DNA of 64,000 nucleotides from Kudoa neothunni (Eukaryota; Animalia; Cnidaria): NCBI GenBank assembly GCA_964304625.1, contig OZ199840.1, positions 4,800,966 to 4,864,965 of the forward strand, read 5' to 3'. Shown piece by piece: positions 54,950 to 64,000 of this stretch (position 1 is its first letter; each line of letters starts with the position of its first letter). The notes under the pieces were generated by a model. It saw only the letters and a program-made list of their open reading frames with translations, ran no database searches and was not told where the DNA came from. The position numbers and the translations under genes were made by a program.

Positions 54950-55560
54950 GTCCAATTTATCTGTCATTAAGATAAACACCAACGTTAATATTTTTTTAAA
55001 AACGTGACCATGAATTGTGTACATTTGGGAGAAGGTTCCGTCGCAAACCCAGAATTTTGAATGTTAAAGGTGCGAAAGATTTTCTTTTGTTGCGAAAATA
55101 ATAATTCTATTACTATCCTCGAATCCAGAACCGTATATACAAAATTTTTTATTCTTTAAGGTCATTATCGATCCTTAAAGATTTGTCCCAGGATTTACAT
55201 CAGTGCACTTTTATTTTCTTATATCTCGAATCAATTGATAAACGGACTTTTTGGGAATATTTGGCAATTTTTGGACATCGTCTTGATTGGTTGCAATATC
55301 ATAAACTTTATTGGTTTGATATACGATATTTTATCCTTGAAAAATTGCCTGTTTTTTCCTCTTTGGATACTATGTGATTATGAAAACCTAACGTATCCAA
55401 CCTCTCTATCTGTTCTGCTGGAAAGGTTCTTAGCCTACCTTTACATCCCCGTTTTTGACACCTCCAATATCGACAAACTTTTTTTTTAAATCTTTATTAT
55501 AAAAAAACCCATTATAAAAAAGTCTGTCATTATTTTTTTCGTTTTAGTAATAGTAAAATC
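54950..55560 (-). mobile_element. MULE relic (FLYWCH N-terminal part)
   Basis: The minus strand reads YWRCQKRGCKGRLRT...HNH and YGSGFEDSNRIIIFS, similar to the MULEs at 48 and 59 kb. Confidence 0.65.
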
Positions 55561-56188
55561 AGCACTAATTTCTTGGCTCATGATTTTACACGCGAGTCGC
55601 CAATTACATATGAGGAAATGCGCACGCGTGATTCCGGCGAAACTTGGCCGTCCCAGTTTACGCTTCATATCAAATCCATGGAATAATTTAGATTATTAAA
55701 TAAACAATTAAATATTTTATTTCTTATTAATCAGTATAATTTTTTTTATTATTTGTTTAATAAATTAATTTCATATTTATATATAAATTGTTGGAGTTTA
55801 TTTAATTCGACTCAACTTAATAATTTCGTAAGATTAATGTTTTCAAAAATTATTGAATATATTATTCCCGATATGTTTAAAATAAAGCAGTGAGTGGAAT
55901 AATTAATGTGATAATGTCATGACAATTTATACAATATAAATGAAAATATAAATCTGTAATAGCTAAGTAATTATAACTTTATATATATATATATTTCAAA
56001 TTATTGTATGTGGAGTTATAAATAATTTCCGATTTTTTTCGCTAATATTATGTGTAAAATTTGTTCCGTAGTTACTATGTTAACACCTTCGATGATGGTA
56101 AAAGCCTTAAAGCTAACACGAAAACAAAATCAGACACAAAGTTCACCCCATCCAGCAGCATCTTTTCAGTCATCCTGAAACACGTAAT

Positions 56189-56215
56189 TGAGTCAACTGA
56201 GTCAACTGAGTCAAC
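56189..56215 (+). promoter_or_regulatory. Three tandem TGAGTCAAC units (AP-1/Gcn4-type core) just upstream of the amino-acid transporter
   Basis: TGAGTCAAC x3 ends about 17 nt before the putative ATG at 56232. Function is inferred only. Confidence 0.35.
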
Positions 56216-56231
56216 GTAGTCAGGAGAAACA

Positions 56232-58312
56232 ATGATGAATATAGAACTTGAAGACTACTCTAAAGTAGGTTTTGATGCATTACTTCTTCTGCTTCAATAA
56301 TATCAATTCTAATAGGAACAAACTGAAAATTGCGACAACTACGACAGTACACGGTTTAACAATAATGAGGATAGCAACCGAAATAAGGAGGGTTTCTCAC
56401 TGTACAAGTAAACATATCTGTTTCGGTGCTATATTTTTATCGGTATACCCCATCAGGAGAGCTGAAGCAAGTATGGCTGTGGTGGCTGGAAATATTATCA
56501 ATGCAATTATTGGATCTGGCATTATAGGTTTAACTATATTCTACCTTAATTTAACAATCAAATTTTCATAAATGTATAGCTCTACCGATTTCGTTTTCCT
56601 ATTCTGGAATTGGGATGAGTACAATTCTGCTGACTATCAGTGCTGTTATGGGCGGTATTCGTGATTATTTAGCCTTTATTATGATACACGAATAAAACAG
56701 ATTTTACTATTCTCTGTCTGTGTGTGTTGAACACACTCACCAAAAAGTACACATACCAAGTAAAAATCTCTCAGTTAATAGACGCTGAAAACAATTGTTG
56801 GTATAGCAAGCAGTTAAAAGTTCTATTGGTGACGTCGGTTACGTCTGTTGTGCAATATTCCAATTTATCTACTCCTATAGTGGTAAACCTCTCTATTTTT
56901 CTGAGGTCGAATACAAATCAATTTAATTTTGTTATAGCAATAGCAAGTTATGGGATTGCTTCTGCAGACAACATTATTCAAATAGTCACCTACTTATGTA
57001 CGTTATTATTTTATTAATGTTAAAAAAAATAAAATGTAATATCAATGAATTATTCCGACCATCTAGGTCCAAATTGTAAGTGGTTGGTTTATCGACCGAT
57101 AGTGGCTCTATTCTATATTATCCCCGTGTTACTGTTTTCCTTCTATGAGAATGTAGCCAGATTGGGAATTGTATATTATTCAACACCAATCAACCTTCTA
57201 TTTTTATTTATTATTCATTAGGTTTCACTGACATCAATAACTTGTGTGATGATATATGTGGCCTTGATATTCTACCGATCGTTCTACATAATGAAAGATG
57301 TGTACGTTCGTGATGAGTTGTCGTCATCTCAAACTAACTAGCTAAATATATTAAATTAAATATATTAAATTAAATATATTGAATTTAATTAATTTAATTA
57401 ATTAATTAAATTTATAGGTTGATACTGCCAGAAACCTACGTATTTATAAAGCCAAGTGGAATTCCAATATCTTTTTCTGTGATCGCGTTTGGTAGCTTTA
57501 TCAAGTATTGGCCATACTCATTGATTTTTGATTATCTCTAGCAATGTCTTGTCAACAAACCGTGGGAAGAATCTATCGTAGTATGCACAAAAGATCCATA
57601 AAACGCTTTTCGATAGCCACCCACTTCTCAAGTGTCACCTCTCTGATGTTTTATATGTTTGTGGCGATTATTGGCTTTGTGAGTTTTGGAGGTAATGTCC
57701 AAGCGAATCTTCTTCAAAATTATTGTCCTAACGATAAAATTGCTCTTGTGGCACGTATCGCCTTCACAATCACCCTACTTTTATCGTCGCCAATGCAAGT
57801 GATTTGTGCGAGGGAATCTATTACAACCATCACCTCAAGAATTGGAATCCGCAGAACCAAAATTCCAGTATTTTTGGTGTTACTCACATTAATGATTCTG
57901 GCATCTTGTTATTTAATCACTGCTTATGTTTTGGATCTTGGTTTGGTGTTGTCTCTATCGGTACGATATTTATTGAAGTTGTCTTTAAGTTTTAATTTGT
58001 ATTCTCTGTGTAGGGTTCCGCAGTCGGTGCGACCATGGGTAGGAGAATCTAATCTATCAATGACTTTAAATAATTCTTTTTGTAGTTTTTACAATTCCTG
58101 CACTTTCCCTTTTCATCTACCTCAGAAAAATTGGCTACTGCAATCATTTTCTTAATATTGGACTTCTTTTTGTCACATTTTTCGGTCTAACCATTATGGT
58201 TATTGGGATGGTTATCACTCTCTACAATAGTTCTCAGCCACAAATCGAAATGATCAAATACTGGTGTTACGATGCTTATGTCCCCTCCAATAACACTATA
58301 ATTATACCATAA
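56232..58312 (+). CDS. SLC38A11: Sodium-coupled neutral amino acid transporter, SLC38A11-like (Aa_trans family), multi-exon
   Basis: NIINAIIGSGIIALP, F(A)MSCQQ, GFVSFGGNVQANLLQNYCPND...ARIAF...SPMQVICARE and multiple TM segments. Start codon uncertain. Confidence 0.85.
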
Positions 58313-59059
58313 TAATGTAGCTGTTCAGACAATTTTTGATCATTATTTTCAATATATTTTGGATTTTTTTTAATTGTTAATGCGAATTTTTATTACAAAA
58401 ATTATATATTTTGATTTATAAACTAAAATAACCGGATTATTTTACATTTTATGCGCTAATTGATGATTAATCTATTATAACACATTAAGCTTTTTTAATT
58501 ATTTTTTTGCAGAAGCTATTTTCTCAGTAAAATTTAAACGTAAACCAAGGCTGCCAGCGAGGTTTTAAGACAATTCCAAGGATGGTCGGTAAAACCTCCA
58601 AGGTCAAGAAAAACGCTAGTTTAAAGTACAACCAAAACTAGCATCGTATCTATTAAAGTTTATAATCATCTGATTCTATAATTATGTCTCCAGATATTAA
58701 ATTTAAATTTACCGTCGTATTATTGCAATTTTTTGGCGTCAACACATACTCATACTTAATCCTCTAACATGGGGATTCCCAACCATTTTTTCAAATTCAC
58801 CCCCTTAACTTGGATGTCAAATTCATATTTACCCTATGGTTTTATATTGATTAAGCTAAGACAGAGGTTATTGCAAGATAGATTCTGATCATCAAGGGCA
58901 TGTACGCCCATGTTATGACAACTTTTAACCCCGTAAACTCTTATTCACAAGCTGTTTACCGATTTACTTTTTAGATTTTTCTAATAAAATTATTTTTCAC
59001 CAATTTCTCTGTGTAATGGCTCGAAATAATTAAAAATAGTCAAAACTAGTGACACTTTA

Positions 59060-60240
59060 GGTATGGCAAAATTTTGCCGGAGATATTTTTTTGCGCATAA
59101 AAACTCGAAAAAATCCATACGAAAACTGGAGATGCCAAATAAGGAAGTGTAGAGAGATTGCGAACTTCTCCCTCTGTTGACATTGAATACCTTACAAAAA
59201 TCGGAATACATAACCATAAAATTGGTGATGAGGATATGAAAAAGGAAATGTTCGAACAAAAAATAAGAAACATAGCAGAAAATACGGTGTATCCAACCAG
59301 CCAAGTTTATTCCGTTTCTTCAACTGAAGAGAATATAAATAATATTCCTATATGCTCTAAAAATTCGATTTATACAAATATAAAAAATATCAAAACTATC
59401 CCAACTTCCGACTGCTTCAATGAATTAAAAACAAACAGAAATGAGTCCTTCTGCTTATATGACTCAGGGTCAGAAGACAAGCACTGAATTATTATTTTCA
59501 CGACAGAAAAAAATTTAATCCATTTGAGGAATTCAGATTATTGGATGGCTGATGGCACATTTAATGTTGTTCCAAAAGAATATTATCAATTGTACACTAT
59601 CCATGGGGCTGTCTTTAACAAAGTTTTTCCACTGGTGTATATTTTAATGAGTGATAAATTACAGAAGAGTTACTTAAAATTTTAGCGGGGAAAGGAAAAT
59701 TCGCGCCACCGAAGAACATAATTATTGATTTTGAATAAGCCGAGTATAATGCTTTCAGAAAATTTTCGTTGAATTCAGTACATTTTTGTTTGTTCAACTT
59801 TCGACGATGTATAGTATATATAGTAAGGTTAAAAAATTAGGTTGTTCGAAGGGGTATGAAACCGACGAAGATTTCAAATTATTTGTTAAATGCTTGACAT
59901 TTCTTGCATTTGCCCCTCCTGATTCCATTCTTTATGAATTTGAGACACTAAAAATAAATTCAAAAAAGTTTGAGAAATCTAACATAAAATTGTTAATGGA
60001 ATTCTTTTAAAAAAATGCATCCAAAATACCTATTAATAGCATGGAATGTTTACGATTGAGTCCTAAACAATATTAAACTCACCTAAAATTCGGCGGAAAT
60101 TTTTAATCGTCATTTTTATTCACGTTTCGAGCAATCCCACTCTGAATTATATGACAATAAAATTAAAATTAAATATGAAAATTTGAAAACAACAATTCAA
60201 AATTATGAAAAATATTATGACATATTTTATTTATAAGCAA
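59060..60240 (+). mobile_element. MULE transposase relic
   Basis: YENWRCQIRKCR..HNH, LYDSGSED..IIIFTTEKNLIHLRNSDYWMADGTFNVVPKEYYQLYTIHG, FLAFAP and WNVYD, with stops. Confidence 0.85.
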
Positions 60241-60330
60241 AAATTATTTTTTCATTTATAAAGCCTTGGCGGTAAATCATAAACATATATTTTAATTTAT
60301 TATCATTAAACGAAAATGCGCGAGAAATCT

Positions 60331-60348
60331 CAAATATGTTTACTGCGA

Positions 60349-60379
<31 letters not shown>

Positions 60380-61788
60380 TTTATAGTTAATACTAATATG
60401 ATAAAATCTAAAGTTTTCTTAAGTTTTGTTGACAAATAGCAGTATATAAAAGATGAAAGGAATCAAAACACAAATATTTTGTTTCACTAGCTATTATTTA
60501 ATTGTTAAATAGTAGCAATCGCTGTTAAAATATATTCGAAGAAATTCCAATATTCTTTATGAATGGAACGCGACCATGATTCATGTAGGTAGAAATCCAG
60601 CTGATTTCGTGGCACACCGCTCATTTTCTGAATGAGTTTTGTTTTGAGATGATGCCACACAACCTCGACCGTATTAGTATGGTAACCCTCTGGAGTGACA
60701 TACTCTTTAGAGTGATTAATGGTTATATGGTTATAGTCGTAAATTCGGAGAGAGGTGTACCCCAACCACTCGTCCGTATAGATTGTAGTCCCGTTTTCAA
60801 CTTCCTATAAGACGAGTTGGGTGAACGTTCGTTTATCCCTTTTTGGACAATAAAAAATCTTGATTCTAACAATTTGCGTTTGCCATCTTCATCGACAGAG
60901 CATTCGCAAATGCCAACAACCCAAGGGCCGTTTATTCTGTAGTCATACCTTTCATTTCTCCGCTGACGTCTCAACGGAGTCGCTCCACGGAATAACCTAG
61001 TCCTTGAGAAATAGTTAGGGATGGCCAACCATCTGTCCATGCTTAAAAATCTTCCCCGGTTGTTTTTACGGCGATCTCTTAATAAACATTTGTCAATTTC
61101 GACGAATCGATTTTCTCCGCCCATTTTCTCGCGTCGTTGGAACATTTTATAACAAATATTCCTCAACGTTGAATACCAAAATGTAACGTTTTTCTCGGTT
61201 ATTTGAGTTAATGCCACCACCATGCATCTTTGCTCTTCAATACACTAAAGATATATTAACTCAAATAGCTGAGACACTGCTAATTTGGATACATTCGTCC
61301 TCATCGCGTTATTGATGCCAAAGAAGGTAGCGAGGTCCTGGGTGAAAATGCCCTCTACAATCACTCCTAAAATTAATATTTTAAAACTATACATAAAATA
61401 AAAGTACTTTGAACACGTATACGAGTATTTCTCAATATCATCGTCACAAAGATCGATTGAAGTATTGTTTCTTTTTCTCGTTGTAGCTTGGAGGCGTAGA
61501 GTGTTATACCTGTGGCAATTCTTGCACCGATCAGGCATTTTTTGTAATAGACTCTTATTCGCTAGGTAAGTAAATAGAGCACTCACATTAAACAAAAGTT
61601 TATAAAATTTACGCTGAAGTAAAAACTATTGTTGATCGGATTAAATTATTAAAACATAAATTTTTAAATTTAACGTGAGGTATAAATATAACAGTTACTA
61701 TTACATCTATAATTATCGAAAATTCAACACACCACTAAATAAAATATCTCCTATCCTGTGTGATTCTTTAATCGCAGTAACATATTTG
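60331..61788 (-). mobile_element. Merlin/ISXO2-like transposon
   Basis: MGGENRFVEID...WVVGICEC...TDEW.GY...INHSKEYVTPEGYHTNTVE. Bounded by the inverted repeat CAAATATGTTTACTGCGA / TCGCAGTAACATATTTG. Confidence 0.85.
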
Positions 61789-62689
61789 ATAATATTATAA
61801 AAATTAAAAATATAAATTTCATGAATTATTTATGACAAATTAGACTGAAAAAGGTATGCGCATTACAATGCGCGCTGTCCGATTATTGCTGAAGTGTGAT
61901 TTTTTGCAATTCTTTAGAATAAAAATTTGGGTCTGATTCGCGATCACTCAATATTTTAAAAATGTGTTAAATTAAGTTACAAAACAATTCTATCATGAAT
62001 CTTAAAAACTTGTAAACTCTTAAAATCAATAAACTATGACTTAGAAAATCAACTAAACATTGTAATTATAATAAAATATTGCGTGACGAGAGAAAATACG
62101 ACATAACATCAGTTTTCCACAATACAGATTATAGATTACAATGGATTAATTTAATTAACCTTTGTAATTTTCTCTATCATTTCGTCAACAAATTTAGATT
62201 AAAATAAAAGCTTGTCAACCATAAATTAGGTCACCGTAGTATCCTCGATTGCTCAGTTGATCAGGGTGCGAGTATAAGATTTCCAACTGTATAGACAAGT
62301 TAGTTAATTCAACGTGAGTTAATCTAGACTGTTTATGGGCATCAACTAATAAAAAAATAATCTACACGTCAACTCAACCACATTATACCGATTAATAATT
62401 TCATTATTTATTGCATTAATATATGTATTTATGTAATAAAAAATAAAAAAAAACGTTTTTCTCAGTTTGATCGAAATTGATCGAATCAATATCAAATCTA
62501 TATCAATACTAGAATCATTTAGAAGTGTTAAATTTAAGCAGAGTTATTCATAAATAGATTTTTCAGTGAATGGGTACATTTTGAAAGATTGAACGAATAT
62601 GAACGACAATATTCGTGTTTAATCTTGGTTACATCCGGACAAAAATTTCGACAGAATTCGCATGCGCGTCGTGGAATTAAGTTTGTGCA

Positions 62690-64000
62690 ATGTCCGGCCG
62701 TGTTTTGGATATCCATCGAGCGCTCATAGGCTTGAATACAGTTGCTAGATCTAAAATAGATGAGCTCACGGAACTGGCAAGGAGATGGTCGTCTAATGCT
62801 GAGGATTTTATCTCTTTGACAGACACTCAAATGCGTGCCGTATGCTTTAATTCTCTTTGATCAACTCAACTACGACCACAATCTTATGACTTCTGTAGGT
62901 GCCACCCAACCAGAAACTTGCGTATATCTATTTGATGGATTCGATTTTGAAAAATGTACCACAACCTTACACTGAAATTATTTCTTTACACATATCTGAT
63001 TCGTTTATGCATATCTTTGCGACGGTGCGTGATTTTATTCACTTCATACATATATATAGTAGGATATTTGAATGGTTGGAGAGATTTCTGTAGTGTTTGT
63101 GTGTTGTTGGGGCAAACTTAGGGATGTTAGATGTGTTTGAGTAGACAAGGCAAGGTTTTGTTTGTGTAGATAGAAGATGACATAGTTGGAATGTTATTCC
63201 AAATGGATTTGTCGTTATCTGTTTAAATGTTGGTGGTAGTTTTAAATGTTAATTTTTGTTGTCAACTCCTTCAGTTTGAGCGAGAGTGTACGTATGGTTA
63301 ACGTATCAACTCAAGCCATAGTCAATAATCCCATTAATTTGTTTGTATTTTGGTGGTTGGATTTAACTCTATCATGATTCAGGTTGATGAAACTGTTCGG
63401 GTTTCGTTGTACAAACTGTTCACAACTTGGTTGTTCTATTTGCCTACCGATTTGTTGCAGGAGTTGAGTGATAGAGTCCGTTATGAGGACCAATTTTGGC
63501 CTTTGTTGGATATGTACAGTGTGGTGCAACATCCAGAGTTGCTTAATGGAACTCGATATGTATTTGACTGCGGTGGGTTGATCGATCAGTTATTTTCACA
63601 TTGTTTTGTGTAGGGATCTGTTAATATGAGTAAATCACCAGTCGATGGGTCGGCCACAACAACCACCCCAATCAACAAATTCCGAACCACTACATCTACC
63701 AATTTTTATAACAACAAAAGTAGAAAACGTCCAATCGAACATTTTCAAACGGATCCACGCTCTTCCATTGATGTAAGCAACTATAATTTTCTACTCAACC
63801 TAGTGTAGGTTGGATTATAATATTGTGTATTATTGTGAATAAGCTTTATTGTTGTTATCGGTTCATCATTTGTATACAGACGTGTGTGTGTGTGTATTTA
63901 TTAAGATGTTAATGAGTTGAATGGTTGTTTTGGAGTTTGAATGAACAATAAATAGGTTGATTTTAATCCTAGGCCGTACATCATATTTGCGCATTAATGT
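62690..64000 (+). CDS. PCF11: PCF11 cleavage and polyadenylation factor (CID domain), probably continuing beyond the window
   Basis: Spliced MSGRVLDIHRALIGLNTVARSKIDELTELAR...|VPPNQKLAYIYLMDSILKNV...|VDETVRVSLYKLFTTW...RV...DQFWP, matching the PCF11 CTD-interacting domain. Confidence 0.88.

Noticed and set aside
58550-58625. Second Helitron 3' end (CGCTAGT)
   Set aside because: No clear subterminal hairpin or matching 5' TC end.

Overview
Very AT-rich eukaryotic DNA with many short GT-AG introns (mostly about 35-60 nt), so the ORF track misses or fragments most genes. A minicollagen-type cysteine-rich-domain gene, together with compact introns and highly diverged housekeeping genes, suggests a cnidarian, most likely a myxozoan parasite (inference). 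The left 0.6-25.4 kb holds seven paralogues of an unrecognised 9-exon, putatively secreted Cys-rich gene family, which I reconstructed by manual splicing. Two of the seven lie in a near-identical 3.05-kb duplication. The paralogues are interspersed with decayed Merlin/ISXO2, piggyBac, Tigger/pogo, MULE, Helitron and SINE elements. From 26 to 37 kb the sequence is mostly transposon debris (hAT, SINE, piggyBac) plus one Pro/His-rich orphan gene. The right part carries conserved genes (SCO1, NAA15, RNF121/175, SLC38A11-like, PCF11 running off the window), a collagen-less nematocyst-type CRD protein, a TIR-bounded mariner, and further MULE and Merlin relics. All gene models are manual and lack transcript support.
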